Shown piece by piece: positions 39,797 through 49,877 of a DNA stretch of 64,000 nt. The notes under the pieces are model-generated. The model saw nothing but the letters and a program-made list of their open reading frames with translations, was not told the DNA's origin and searched no databases. A program made the position numbers and the translations under genes. The DNA is from Kiritimatiellia bacterium (lineage in GTDB: Bacteria; Verrucomicrobiota; Kiritimatiellia; RFP12; UBA1067): NCBI GenBank assembly GCA_028700415.1, contig JAQVSS010000001.1:955-64954 (forward strand), in the 5' to 3' direction. Positions within the stretch are counted from its first letter, which is position 1; each line of letters starts with the position of its first letter.

Positions 39797-40822
39797 TCAC
39801 TCGGAACCATCGACAGGCTCCATATCCGCAATGCGCTTGGCGATCAACTCCGTCAGGTTGTTGGAGGCTGCGGCTGCACCGGCGATGATCGCGTGGAATA
39901 TCGCGCGGTACGTCGAAGAGCCGTGCGTAATGATAACCGTGCCCGGCACACCGAGCAAAGGTGCGCCCCCGTAAATCTCGGGGTCCATACGGTGCTTGAG
40001 CGTCTCCAGCGCGCCTTTGAGCAACAGCGCGCCGAGCAGCCTCACCGGATGCCGGAAAAACTCTTTTTTCATCCAGTATCCCACCGCATGCGCCACGCTC
40101 TCGGTGGTTTTAAGCACCACGTTGCCCACGAAACCGTCGCACACCACCACATCGGTCTTGCCCAGAAAGAGGTCGTGCCCCTCCACGTTCCCGCGGAATT
40201 TCACGGCCGTCTTCTGAATCAGGTGGAACGCCTTCTTGGTCATCTCGTTGCCCTTGCAGTCTTCTGTCCCGATGCTGAGCAACCCAACCACCGGCTCCGT
40301 CCGCTTGAGCACCGCGCTGGAATAGGCGCTGCCCATCACGGCAAACTGCGCGAGCCACGTCTCGTGACAGTCCGTGTTCGCGCCCGCGTCCAGCAACAGA
40401 AGCGGACGCTTGGGCTGGCGCGTCGGCAGGACCGTCGCGATCGCGGGGCGCAACACCCCGGGCGTGCGCCCCAGGCAGAACACGGCCGCCGCCGCAACCG
40501 CACCCGAATTGCCGGCCGAAACCATCGCGTCGGCCTCCCTGCCCTTCACAAGATCCATGCAGATGTTGATGGAGCAGAGTTTTTTCTTGCGCACCGCCGT
40601 CACCGGCGACTCGTCCATCCCGATCGACTCCGGAGCATGAACCACTTTCAGGCGGCTGAAGTCGGCCTTGGGATACTTGGCCAACTCCTCGCGGATGACC
40701 GCTTCGTCCCCGACCAGCAGGATACAAGAAACCTCTTTCAGTTTAAGAGAAGCCTCCACTGCGCCATGAACAATCTCATGAGGCGCGTGGTCACCACCCA
40801 TCACATCAAGGGCAATTCGCAT
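39797..40822 (-). CDS. plsX: phosphate acyltransferase PlsX
   Basis: MRIALDVMGGDHAP, SAGNSGA, LDAGAN, CDGFVGN, HGSS. Confidence 0.96.
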   Translation of the reverse strand: MRIALDVMGGDHAPHEIVHGAVEASLKLKEVSCILLVGDEAVIREELAKYPKADFSRLKVVHAPESIGMDESPVTAVRKKKLCSINICMDLVKGREADAMVSAGNSGAVAAAAVFCLGRTPGVLRPAIATVLPTRQPKRPLLLLDAGANTDCHETWLAQFAVMGSAYSSAVLKRTEPVVGLLSIGTEDCKGNEMTKKAFHLIQKTAVKFRGNVEGHDLFLGKTDVVVCDGFVGNVVLKTTESVAHAVGYWMKKEFFRHPVRLLGALLLKGALETLKHRMDPEIYGGAPLLGVPGTVIITHGSSTYRAIFHAIIAGAAAASNNLTELIAKRIADMEPVDGSE

Positions 40823-40926
40823 CGTGAAGTCCTCACTCGGCACTCTCGCAAGCAAAGGGTTCCCGCAAACAGCGGGAACCCTTCCGAACGCTCAAACCAT
40901 CAGCCGCTCGCGCATCGGCAATGCGC

Positions 40927-41106
40927 CTATTCCGAAACCGTCAGCACCTTGCGCCCCCTGTACATCCCGCAGGAAGGGCACACGCGATGCGCCTGTTGCG
41001 ATGCGCCGCAACTCGGGCACGCCTGCACCTGGGCGACTTCCGCCTTGATGTGTCCCTTGCGCTGATTCTTACGCATTTTCGACTTTTTCCGTTTTGGTAC
41101 GGCCAT
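40927..41106 (-). CDS. rpmF: 50S ribosomal protein L32 (absent from the ORF track, 59 aa)
   Basis: Manual translation MAVPKRKKSKMRKNQRKGHIKAEVAQVQACPSCGASQQAHRVCPSCGMYRGRKVLTVSE; RBS AAGGAGAG; canonical yceD-rpmF-plsX order. Confidence 0.97.
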   Translation of the reverse strand: MAVPKRKKSKMRKNQRKGHIKAEVAQVQACPSCGASQQAHRVCPSCGMYRGRKVLTVSE

Positions 41107-41158
41107 TTTTCTCTCCTTATTCTACCCGTACGCGGCATCTCCCGCGCAGCATAAAAAA

Positions 41159-41656
41159 TCACTCCAGCGCGCCCAGCGCCGCCCAGCGTCCGTTTTCCCC
41201 CTTTTTACGGCACGAACACACCGCCGTATTCAGGTTCGCGCCACACGCCAAGCACAACCCCCGGCACGCCTCGCTACAAACCGGATATCCCGGAAGGGCA
41301 AGCATGATAGCTTCCCGCATCTCTCCGGTCAAGTCCAGGAAGTCGGTCAACGCATTTATTTCAACCGAACAGACGAATTCGGTATCCACGGCCTCGGTCT
41401 CAAAAGTGGCCGCACAACGCGAACACACGCACCGCAACCGTTGCCGCACCTCCCCGCGCGCCAGCAATTCCGTACCGGCAATCTCGACCTTCAGCGCATA
41501 GACGATCCCGCCCACCGGCTCCACAAACTCGCTGTCGCCCAAGTCCAACGCGTCCGGACCGGTCTCGCCTTCGTACCACTCGCCACCCTTGTCAAGCCGG
41601 GCGACATCAACGGTCAAATGCCCCTGTGTTTCCAACTCCGCCTCCTGCCCGGACAT
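41159..41656 (-). CDS. yceD: DUF177/YceD family protein
   Basis: CSRC, LDL...REAIML..P.YPVC..CRGLC..CG.NLN..CSC, RW.AL; start uncertain (41656 or TTG 41617). Confidence 0.88.
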   Translation of the reverse strand: MSGQEAELETQGHLTVDVARLDKGGEWYEGETGPDALDLGDSEFVEPVGGIVYALKVEIAGTELLARGEVRQRLRCVCSRCAATFETEAVDTEFVCSVEINALTDFLDLTGEMREAIMLALPGYPVCSEACRGLCLACGANLNTAVCSCRKKGENGRWAALGALE

Positions 41657-42158
41657 GCTGCTCCGGATGGCTGCACATGTGCGCCTCAATGTATTTTTTG
41701 ACAGGCCGGGGCACAAACGAATCCGTGTCCCCACCGTACCGTGCGATTTCCCGGATCGTGCTCGCCGTCACATAACTGTAGTTCTCGTTCGGCATCATGA
41801 ACAGGGTCTCGATCTCCGGCGCGAGTTTCCGGTTGGTCAGCGCCATCTGGAACTCGTATTCGAAATCGGAGTACACCCTCAACCCGCGCACCACCACGCC
41901 GACCTTGCGGCGGCGACAGTAGTCCACCAGCAGGCAATCCAGCCGGTCGATCTCGACATTCCCCATTCCAGCCTCGTCCACGCTCTCGCGGATCATGGCC
42001 ATGCGCGCGTGAAGGTCAAACATGCCCGTCGCTTTGATCGACACGCCCGCCACCACCACGATCACTTTGTCGAAAAGCGTCGCGCTCCGCCGCAACAGGT
42101 CGAAATGCCCCAGTGTCAACGGATCGAACGTTCCAGGATAAACAGCTATTCTTTCCAT
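41607..42158 (-). CDS. coaD: pantetheine-phosphate adenylyltransferase
   Basis: YPGTFDPLTLGH, RGLRVYSDFEYE, TNRKL. Confidence 0.96.
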   Translation of the reverse strand: MERIAVYPGTFDPLTLGHFDLLRRSATLFDKVIVVVAGVSIKATGMFDLHARMAMIRESVDEAGMGNVEIDRLDCLLVDYCRRRKVGVVVRGLRVYSDFEYEFQMALTNRKLAPEIETLFMMPNENYSYVTASTIREIARYGGDTDSFVPRPVKKYIEAHMCSHPEQHVRAGGGVGNTGAFDR

Positions 42159-42210
42159 ACATTCTTCTTTCGCAGCGTACGGGTGAACCGATGGGACCAA
42201 CCGGACCGGA

Positions 42211-42789
42211 TCACCCGCCCCGTTCGGCTTCTGGTTTCTTTTCCAGCTTGTATACCGCCAGCCGCGTGTGCCCATAGATCCGGTCGCGCAACAGTTCCCA
42301 ATCGGGCACGTCCTCCGCCCGGCGGGCTTCGGGCATCTCCGCCACAAAAATCCCGCCCGGCCGCAACACCGTGTTGGCGACCAATAGCCCCATGAGATCC
42401 GCGAAACCCGTCTCGCGGCCGACCACATACGGCGGATCCGCAAAAACAATATCGGCCTGCCGCCCGCGCCCAGGCCCCTTGAGCCAGCGGGCCACCTCGC
42501 AACAGGCGATCTCCCCCTGCCCGGGAGCCAGCGCCGCGACATTCTCTTTCAGCAGCGCAAGGTTGCGCGGCTCCTTCTCAACCCAAACCACACTTCGGGC
42601 GCCGCGGCTGTACGCCTCAAGCCCCACAGCGCCCGACCCGGCGTACAGGTCAATGAACACCGCATCGGGGACCACGCTCACAAGGATGGAAAACAACGCT
42701 TCCCTCACCCGGTCTTGCGTGGGTCTCACCGCGTCGCCCCGCGGCACCTTCAGCTTCCGCCCGCACAACTCTCCGCCCGAAATTCGCAT
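42211..42789 (-). CDS. rsmD: 16S rRNA m2G966 methyltransferase
   Basis: MRISGG, RPTQDRVREALF, DLYAGSG, FADPPY. Confidence 0.94.
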   Translation of the reverse strand: MRISGGELCGRKLKVPRGDAVRPTQDRVREALFSILVSVVPDAVFIDLYAGSGAVGLEAYSRGARSVVWVEKEPRNLALLKENVAALAPGQGEIACCEVARWLKGPGRGRQADIVFADPPYVVGRETGFADLMGLLVANTVLRPGGIFVAEMPEARRAEDVPDWELLRDRIYGHTRLAVYKLEKKPEAERGG

Positions 42790-42927
42790 ACACGGTGTAC
42801 TATACCGGAAAAGGACGCATGCGCGCAACTCCCGCATTGCCGAGATCGAGGCGCGGTTTTGCGCTTGGCCTCACGGTACAGAACAGGTATTCTAATGGCC
42901 TCTCAAATTTTGTAACCTTTGGAGATT

Positions 42928-44214
42928 ATGAAAACTCTTGCTTTACGCCTTTACGGCGAAAATGACCTGCGTCTGGAGCGTTTCGAACTTCCCGAAATCA
43001 CCGATGACGAGATTCTGGCCGACATCGTCACCAACAGCATCTGCATGTCGGACTACAAGGCAACCATCCAGGGCGCCAACCACAAGCGCGTCCCGAAGGA
43101 TATTGCCACCCACCCCATCATCCTCGGTCACGAGTTCTGCGGGAAGCTCCTCAAGGTCGGCAAAAACTGGCAGCATAAGTTCCGCGTGGGCCAGAAGTAC
43201 GGGGTCCAGCCCGCGCTCAACATCCCCGGTCACGAGCACTGGGCGCCCGGCTACTCCTTCCGCTGGATCGGCGGCGACGCCACGCGCATCGTGATCCCGA
43301 AAGAGGTGCTTGAACTCGATTGCCTGCTCACCTACGACGGCGACGCGTATTACAAGTCGTCCATCGCCGAGCCGGTCTCCTGCATCGTCGGCGCATACCG
43401 CTCCAATTACCATTTCAAGCCGGGCGAGTACGTCCACGAGATGGGCCTCAAGAAAGGCGGTTCGATGGTCATCCTCGCCGGCGGAGGCCCCATGGGGCTC
43501 AGCGCCATCGACCTCGCCCTGCACGGCCCGGAGAACCGCCCCGGGCGGCTCGTCATCACGGACATCGACCAGGCCCGCCTTGACCGCGCCGCACAGATCT
43601 TCCCGGTCGCGCACGCCAAAACGTGCGGCGTCGACCTGATTTACCTCAACACCGGCAAGACGGCCACCCCCGTCGACGCCATCAAAGCGGTCAACAACGG
43701 CGTGGGGTACGACGATGTCTTTGTCTTCGCGCCGGTGCCCGCGCTGATCGAGCAGGCTTCCGCGCTGACCGGTTACCTGGGCTGCCTGAATTTCTTCGCG
43801 GGCCCCGCGCACGCCGATTTCAAAGCCCCCATCAATTTCTACGACGTCCATTACATGGGACACCATGTCGTCGGCTCTTCGGGCGGCAACACCAAAGACC
43901 TGCAGGACTCCATGAACTACGCGGCGCAAGGATTGATCACGCCCTCCGTCATGATCACCCACGTCGGAGGCATCGATTCCGTGGCCGAAACCACAAAAAT
44001 CCTGCCCACGGTCCCGGGCGGCAAAAAGCTGGTCTACACCCACGTCTCCATGCCCATGACCGCCATCACCGATTTCGAAAAACTCGGCGGGAAAGATCCC
44101 TATTTCGCCGCGCTGGCCGAAATCTGCGGGCGCAACAAGAACCTCTGGTGCTCGGAGGCGGAGACCTACGTGCTCAAACACGCGCCGCGCCTCGAAGAGG
44201 ACTCGGTGCCCTGA
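42928..44214 (+). CDS. zinc-binding MDR dehydrogenase, L-sorbose-1-phosphate reductase-like
   Basis: MKTLALRLYG..DLRLE.FELP, SICMSDYK, LGHE, GPMGL, GCLNFFAGP, PGGKKL. Confidence 0.82.
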   Translation: MKTLALRLYGENDLRLERFELPEITDDEILADIVTNSICMSDYKATIQGANHKRVPKDIATHPIILGHEFCGKLLKVGKNWQHKFRVGQKYGVQPALNIPGHEHWAPGYSFRWIGGDATRIVIPKEVLELDCLLTYDGDAYYKSSIAEPVSCIVGAYRSNYHFKPGEYVHEMGLKKGGSMVILAGGGPMGLSAIDLALHGPENRPGRLVITDIDQARLDRAAQIFPVAHAKTCGVDLIYLNTGKTATPVDAIKAVNNGVGYDDVFVFAPVPALIEQASALTGYLGCLNFFAGPAHADFKAPINFYDVHYMGHHVVGSSGGNTKDLQDSMNYAAQGLITPSVMITHVGGIDSVAETTKILPTVPGGKKLVYTHVSMPMTAITDFEKLGGKDPYFAALAEICGRNKNLWCSEAETYVLKHAPRLEEDSVP

Positions 44215-44216
44215 AC

Positions 44217-44816
44217 ATGATCGCCTTTTTGCACGGCACACTGGTGGAAAAGACCCCGTCCGTCGTCACCCTCGACGTCCACGGTGTCGGCTATCAAGTG
44301 TTCATCTCGTTGAACACCTATGACCGTCTGCCCGCAACCGGCGCGGCATGCCGCCTGCTCACCTACCACCACGTCCGTGAAGACGCCCACCTTCTCTTCG
44401 GGTTCGCGCAACCCGAGGAGAAGAGCATGTTCGAACGCCTGATCACCGTGAGCGGCATCGGGGCCAAACTCGCGCTCAGCGTCCTGAGCGGACTCAGCGT
44501 GTCCGAACTGAGCCTGGCGATTACGGAAAACAACGTCAAACGCATCAGTTCCGTCCACGGCATCGGTAAAAAGACCGCCGAGCGCATCATCGTCGAACTG
44601 CGCGACAAGATCGACCCGCTGGAGGCGCTCGCCGGACATGCGGCGGGCAACGGCGATCCGGCAAGGAACGACATGCTGCGCGACGCGATTCTCGCGTTGG
44701 GTTCGCTCGGGTTCCCGCAGGAACAGGCCCGCAAGATGGTGCAAGCCGTCCTCGATGCCGAGGCCGAAATCAAAGACACCGAAACTTTGCTGCGCAAAGC
44801 ACTCAGCAGCAAGTAA
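44217..44816 (+). CDS. ruvA: Holliday junction branch migration protein RuvA
   Basis: [37 protein letters not shown]. Confidence 0.96.
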   Translation: MIAFLHGTLVEKTPSVVTLDVHGVGYQVFISLNTYDRLPATGAACRLLTYHHVREDAHLLFGFAQPEEKSMFERLITVSGIGAKLALSVLSGLSVSELSLAITENNVKRISSVHGIGKKTAERIIVELRDKIDPLEALAGHAAGNGDPARNDMLRDAILALGSLGFPQEQARKMVQAVLDAEAEIKDTETLLRKALSSK

Positions 44817-44864
44817 GCGCGGCCCCCGGGGCCGCGCGGCCGCAGCCGCGCCCCCTCTTCACCC

Positions 44865-45941
44865 TTACAGCGCGGCAGCGACCAGGTCGCCCACCTGCGT
44901 TGTCGTGAAACCCATCTGGTTGGCCATTTGGCTCTTCATTTTTGGCGTCGTGGCCATGATGGCTGCCTCAATGGCATTTCCCGCGGCCTCTTCCCCAAGG
45001 GCGTTCAGCATCATCGCGCCCGCGCCGATGGCCGCGACCGGGTTGATCGCGTTCTTGCCGGTCCACATCGGCGCCGTGCCGCCGATCGGCTCGAACATGC
45101 TCACCCCACCGGGGTTGATGTTGCCGCCCGCCGCCACACCGAGCCCCCCCTGCGTGATCGCCGCAAGGTCGGTGATGATGTCGCCGAACATGTTCTCGGT
45201 TACGATCACGTCAAACATCTCGGGGCTTGCCACCATGTAGAGGCACGTCGCGTCCACGTGGTAGTACTCGCGCTTCACATCCGGAAATTCCGCGCCGACT
45301 TCGGCGAAAACGCGGTTCCACAGCTCATACATGTAGGTCAGCACGTTCGACTTGCCGACCAGCGCCAGCGTGTTGGCGGAGCCCACGCCGCGCGCTTTCT
45401 TGCCGTGCTTGCGGGCATATTCGAACGCGTACCGGATACAGCGCTCCACCTGGGCGTAGGAGTACACCATCTCCTGCACGGCCACCTCATCCTTCGTGCC
45501 CTTGCGGGAAAGTCCGCCGATCCCGGTGTAGAGCCCCCCGCTGTTCTCGCGGATCACGCAGTAGTCAATCTCGTCCGGGCCTTTGTCCCGAAGCGGGCTC
45601 CCGACGCCGGGGTAGAGCTTCACGGGGCGCAAGTTGATGTACTGATCCAACTCGAAACGGAGCCGGAGCAACACGCCCTTTTCGAGAATGCCGGGCTTCA
45701 CATCGACGTGGCCGATCGCGCCGAGATAGATGGCGTCGAACGTGCGCAGTTCCGCAAGCACGGAATCGGGCAAGGTCTCCCCCGTGGCGAGGTAACGCGT
45801 GCCGCCAAGGTCATAGGACACCTTCTGAAACTTGAACCCGAACTTCTGCGCGGCGGCATCCAGCACCTTGCAGCCCTCACCGATCACTTCCGGCCCCGTC
45901 CCGTCTCCCGGCAGAACCGCGATTTTGTACGTCTTGGACAT
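44865..45941 (-). CDS. leuB: 3-isopropylmalate dehydrogenase
   Basis: [41 protein letters not shown]. Confidence 0.88.
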   Translation of the reverse strand: MSKTYKIAVLPGDGTGPEVIGEGCKVLDAAAQKFGFKFQKVSYDLGGTRYLATGETLPDSVLAELRTFDAIYLGAIGHVDVKPGILEKGVLLRLRFELDQYINLRPVKLYPGVGSPLRDKGPDEIDYCVIRENSGGLYTGIGGLSRKGTKDEVAVQEMVYSYAQVERCIRYAFEYARKHGKKARGVGSANTLALVGKSNVLTYMYELWNRVFAEVGAEFPDVKREYYHVDATCLYMVASPEMFDVIVTENMFGDIITDLAAITQGGLGVAAGGNINPGGVSMFEPIGGTAPMWTGKNAINPVAAIGAGAMMLNALGEEAAGNAIEAAIMATTPKMKSQMANQMGFTTTQVGDLVAAAL

Positions 45942-45974
45942 GCGCTCCCCTTTTGAAAACGCGTTTTCTTCCGT

Positions 45975-46448
45975 TTACCTGCCAGGCCCCATCACGGACC
46001 TGAAGTCCGCTTCCACCGCCAGCTCGTCGCCGACATAGGCCTTGCCGTGCTGAATGGCCATGCGGGAAGTGACCCTGATGTTGTCGACTTCCATGCGCAC
46101 CTTTTCATTCGGGCGGACCTGACGGCGGAACTTCGCATTATCGACGCCGACCAACAGGAACACGCCGCCTTTGATAAGGCCGGAAGCGACCAGGCCCGCG
46201 CCCCCGCACTGCGCGATGGTCTCGATCAGAATCACTCCGGGAACAACGGGGTACTCCGGGAAATGTCCCTGGAAGAACCACATGTCAGCCCCATAGGTCA
46301 TCTCGGCGACATAGCGCTTCTGATCCGAGTAGAGCAGCTTATCGACAAACAGAAACGGTTTGCGGTGCGGCAGAAGATCCTCGACCGGCCCGTCATATCC
46401 CTTGCCGTCTTCCACCAGTTGCTTCGGTTGGACTTTTTCTTCGCTCAT
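45975..46448 (-). CDS. fabZ: 3-hydroxyacyl-ACP dehydratase
   Basis: LPHRKPFLFVD, FQGHFP..PVVPGVILIE. Confidence 0.93.
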   Translation of the reverse strand: MSEEKVQPKQLVEDGKGYDGPVEDLLPHRKPFLFVDKLLYSDQKRYVAEMTYGADMWFFQGHFPEYPVVPGVILIETIAQCGGAGLVASGLIKGGVFLLVGVDNAKFRRQVRPNEKVRMEVDNIRVTSRMAIQHGKAYVGDELAVEADFRSVMGPGR

Positions 46449-46508
46449 TTGCATCCTCTGTTTTTTTCTGCCGCGCGCGCCAGTGCCCGCTCGGCAAGGT
46501 TCAACTCG

Positions 46509-47753
46509 TCAAACCGCTTTGATCGCGAGCACGCCATTGTGGCCGCCAAACCCGAGCGACGTCGAAACGGCCGCGCGGACCGGCGCTTCAACGCCTTTGT
46601 TCGGCACGACATTCAGGTCGCACGCGGGATCGGGGCTCTCGTAATTGATGGTCGGCGGATAGAAGCCGTCACGGATCGCCAACGTGCAGATCACCGCCTC
46701 AAGCGCTCCCGCCGCACCCAACAGATGGCCGGTCATACTCTTGGTGGAAGACATCTTCAGTTTATACGCGTGTTCGCCAAACACCGCTTTAACCGCCTTC
46801 GTCTCCATGGCGTCGTTGAGCAACGTCGACGTGCCGTGCGCGTTGACATAGTCGACATCTCCGGGAGCGAGCCCGGCGTCTTTAAGCGCCAGGGTGATGG
46901 CGCGGATCGCGCCCGTGGCTTCGGGATCAGGAGCGGTCAGGTGGTAGGCGTCACCGGAAGCGCCGTAGCCGGCGAGTTCGGCGTACACGCGGGCGTTGCG
47001 CGCCTTGGCATGCGCCTCAGACTCAAGGATCATGATCGCCGCGCCCTCGGCCATGATAAAGCCGTCGCGCCCGGCATCGAACGGGCGGCACGCCTTCTCG
47101 GGCATGTCGTTGCTCTTGGTGCTGAGCGCCTTCATGGAACAGAAACCGCCCACGCAATACTCGGTGACGGTCGCCTCGGTGCCGCCGGCGATCACAACAT
47201 CCGCGCGGCCCGCGCGGATCATGTCTAGCGCAATGCCGAGCGCGTCGGTGCTCGAGGCACAGGCGGTGACCACCGTGTGAACCGCGCCCTTGGCGTTGAG
47301 CGCAATGGAAATGTTGCCGGCAGCCTCATTGGCGATCAGCTTGGGAATCAGCATGGGCGACAAGCGGCCCGGGCCGCGGTCAAACAGGATGCGGTACCCC
47401 TCCTCGTCCACCTCCTTGCCACCGATGCCGTTGCCGATCATGACGGCCACACGCTCGGGATCCGCGCCCCCTTCGGCCAGGCCCGCATCTTGCCACGCCT
47501 GTTTGGCCGCGGCCACCCCGTACTGGGTGAAGAGCGCCATGCGCCGCGCCTCTTTGGCATCCACATATTTCGAAACATCGAAATTCTTGATCTCGCCCGA
47601 GACCTTGGAGTCCACACGCGACGGATCAAACCGGGTGGTGCGCCCGATGCCGCTGACGCCGCTGCGGATGTTGCCCCACATTTCACCGACGGTGTTGCCG
47701 ACCGGCGAAATCACGCCCAGCCCTGTGATGAATACTCTTGTTTTACCGCTCAT
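46509..47753 (-). CDS. fabF: 3-oxoacyl-ACP synthase II
   Basis: TACASS, NAHGTST, KSMTGHLLGA, GFGGHN. Confidence 0.96.
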   Translation of the reverse strand: MSGKTRVFITGLGVISPVGNTVGEMWGNIRSGVSGIGRTTRFDPSRVDSKVSGEIKNFDVSKYVDAKEARRMALFTQYGVAAAKQAWQDAGLAEGGADPERVAVMIGNGIGGKEVDEEGYRILFDRGPGRLSPMLIPKLIANEAAGNISIALNAKGAVHTVVTACASSTDALGIALDMIRAGRADVVIAGGTEATVTEYCVGGFCSMKALSTKSNDMPEKACRPFDAGRDGFIMAEGAAIMILESEAHAKARNARVYAELAGYGASGDAYHLTAPDPEATGAIRAITLALKDAGLAPGDVDYVNAHGTSTLLNDAMETKAVKAVFGEHAYKLKMSSTKSMTGHLLGAAGALEAVICTLAIRDGFYPPTINYESPDPACDLNVVPNKGVEAPVRAAVSTSLGFGGHNGVLAIKAV

Positions 47754-47769
47754 ACGACAGTTCTACTCC

Positions 47770-48810
47770 TTACTTTTCCGTTACGGTTTTTCCTGCGCAT
47801 GTCGCACTGGGACACACTTCGGATTTCGGCTTGCCCGCCAACCCTCTCCACCTCATCAGAATCCCGGCATACGTCAGTCCCGCACCGAACCCGACCATCG
47901 CGATCAAGTCGTCGTCCTTAATCGCGTTGGTGCGGATCGCGGCGTCCAACGCCAAGGGGATTGAAGCGGCGGACGTGTTGCCGGTCGTCTCCATGTTCAT
48001 GTAAAACGTCGTCATCGGCACCTTCATGCGCCGCGCCACCGCTTCGACGATGCGCGCGTTGGCCTGGTGCGGAAGCACGCACGCCAAATCGCCGAACGTG
48101 TATCCTGAACGCTTCAGCAAACCGCACAAAATCTCGTCGAAAACCTTAACTGCGAAATTGAATACCGCGCGGCCATTCATCTGCAGCGTATGCTGCAGCC
48201 ACGGGCCGGTCGCGAGATCACGCGAACCGCCCTCGCGGTAAATCAGCATCGCCCCGGAACCGTCCGCCTTGAGGATCGAATGCCAGATACCGCCCGGCAC
48301 ATCGCTGGCTTCCAACACCACCGCACCCGCAGCGTCACCGAACAGGATACACGAGTTGCGGTCTGTCCAATCAATGATCCGCGACATCATATCGGCACCG
48401 ATCACCAGCGTCGGGCACGGGTTGACCTGCATCATGCCGCGCGCAGCCTCCAGCGCGTAAATGAACCCCGTGCACGCCGCCTGCAAATCGAAGGCCGCTG
48501 CGTTTTTCGCGCCGATCGCCTCCTGCACCAGACACGCCGTTGAAGGGAACGAATGGTAGTCGGACGTCGATGTGGCCACCACGATTAGCCCGATCTGATC
48601 CGGCGTCAGCCCCGCCGATTGAATCGCTTGGCGTGCGGCCTGCACCGCCATCGCCGACGTGGTTTCATCGTCCGCAGCGATATGACGGCTGCGGATCCCC
48701 GTGTGTGTGAAAATCCATTCGTCTGTTGTATCCAGTTTCTCCGCCAATTCCGCGTTGGTCACAACACGTTTAGGCAGATACGATCCCGTACCTGTGATAT
48801 GCACAAACAT
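47770..48810 (-). CDS. fabH: 3-oxoacyl-ACP synthase III
   Basis: GTGSYLP, AACTGF, FGDAAGA, PHQAN, GNTSAASIP, GFGAGL. Confidence 0.95.
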   Translation of the reverse strand: MFVHITGTGSYLPKRVVTNAELAEKLDTTDEWIFTHTGIRSRHIAADDETTSAMAVQAARQAIQSAGLTPDQIGLIVVATSTSDYHSFPSTACLVQEAIGAKNAAAFDLQAACTGFIYALEAARGMMQVNPCPTLVIGADMMSRIIDWTDRNSCILFGDAAGAVVLEASDVPGGIWHSILKADGSGAMLIYREGGSRDLATGPWLQHTLQMNGRAVFNFAVKVFDEILCGLLKRSGYTFGDLACVLPHQANARIVEAVARRMKVPMTTFYMNMETTGNTSAASIPLALDAAIRTNAIKDDDLIAMVGFGAGLTYAGILMRWRGLAGKPKSEVCPSATCAGKTVTEK

Positions 48811-48847
48811 GCCTAGCCCTTTCGGTCACAAAGACAGGTTGTCATGA

Positions 48848-48871
48848 TGACATTTTTCTTGATTTTGTCAA
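48848..48871 (-). promoter_or_regulatory. palindromic promoter/operator upstream of fabH
   Basis: TGACA-N13-TGTCAA, same geometry as the fabD site. Confidence 0.5.
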
Positions 48872-49025
48872 CATGGAAACGCCCAACCTTTGTTCAAATT
48901 ATTCTACACTCACACCGCTCAAAAAACACCCCGAAAGTGCAACACCCCGATTCCTCGTCCCGCCCCGCCCTTGACAGGTTCAACCGGTTTTGTATACCGT
49001 TATGCAAAAGAAGGAAACAACCACC

Positions 49026-49847
49026 ATGGTACCCAACATGCGCACCCATCGCCGAATCCGGCTCGCCGGAACCTTGGCATTCGTAATTGCCCTGTCACCG
49101 CAAAGCTGGGGCGCGCCGCAACTGGGTGACGCGGACTTCCCGAAACCCTCGCCGTCGGCGCGGCACACCGCGAAAGTCGAGGCGGTCAAATCGGGCGCCT
49201 ACGACCTGGCACTGATCGGGGATTCAATCTTCCACACGCTCGATCGCTTCGGCGGCAAGTACGCGCCGCTGGAAGCCGTCTGGAACAAGCATTACGCGCC
49301 GCGCCGCGCGATCAATCTGGGTTACAGCGGCCATCGCACCGAACAGATTATCTGGAACCTCCAAAACGGCGAGCTGGATTTTAAGACGCCGCCGAAGGTC
49401 GCCCTCCTCCTGATCGGGACGAATAATGCGGATGACCGGAATTTCAAAAAGGCCCATACGGCGGAAGAGATTTTTGCGGGCACGAAAGTGATCGTGGATC
49501 TGATCCGCAACCGGCTGCCGTCAACGAAAATCATCGTGCTGCGCATTTTCCCGCGCGGCGGCGATTCCGAGAACGGGGTCAGCAAACCCGTCTTCCATTC
49601 ATCCGCCGCGTGCATCGAGACCTGTCGCCGCGCGGGCGAACTAACGAAGCAGCTGGCGGACGGCAAGCAGGTGTTCTGGCTCGACATCAATCACATGTTC
49701 CTGCGCCCGGACGGCACCGTCAACACGGATATGCTGTGGGATCTGCTTCACCCCAGCCCCGCCGGTGCAGAAGCGTGCGCGCAGGCCATCGAACCGCTGC
49801 TTTCACAGCTCATGGGCGACACGCCGATCATTGACCCGAAGCCATAG
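49026..49847 (+). CDS. exported SGNH/GDSL esterase (PAF-acetylhydrolase-like)
   Basis: Signal peptide; IGDSI, NLGYSG, LIGTNN, DLLHP; start uncertain. Confidence 0.9.
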   Translation: MVPNMRTHRRIRLAGTLAFVIALSPQSWGAPQLGDADFPKPSPSARHTAKVEAVKSGAYDLALIGDSIFHTLDRFGGKYAPLEAVWNKHYAPRRAINLGYSGHRTEQIIWNLQNGELDFKTPPKVALLLIGTNNADDRNFKKAHTAEEIFAGTKVIVDLIRNRLPSTKIIVLRIFPRGGDSENGVSKPVFHSSAACIETCRRAGELTKQLADGKQVFWLDINHMFLRPDGTVNTDMLWDLLHPSPAGAEACAQAIEPLLSQLMGDTPIIDPKP

Positions 49848-49877
49848 AGCGGTTTTGGATACTGTGTGGCCGTTTCT

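Noticed and set aside
40941..41162. 73-aa minus-strand ORF at the rpmF position
   Set aside because: Wrong frame; the true L32 is 40927..41106
42943..44241. 432-aa minus-strand ORF mirroring the dehydrogenase
   Set aside because: Codon-for-codon antisense frame caused by GC3 bias
44817..44860. GC hairpin between convergent ruvA and leuB as intrinsic terminator
   Set aside because: No U-tract on either strand, so not called
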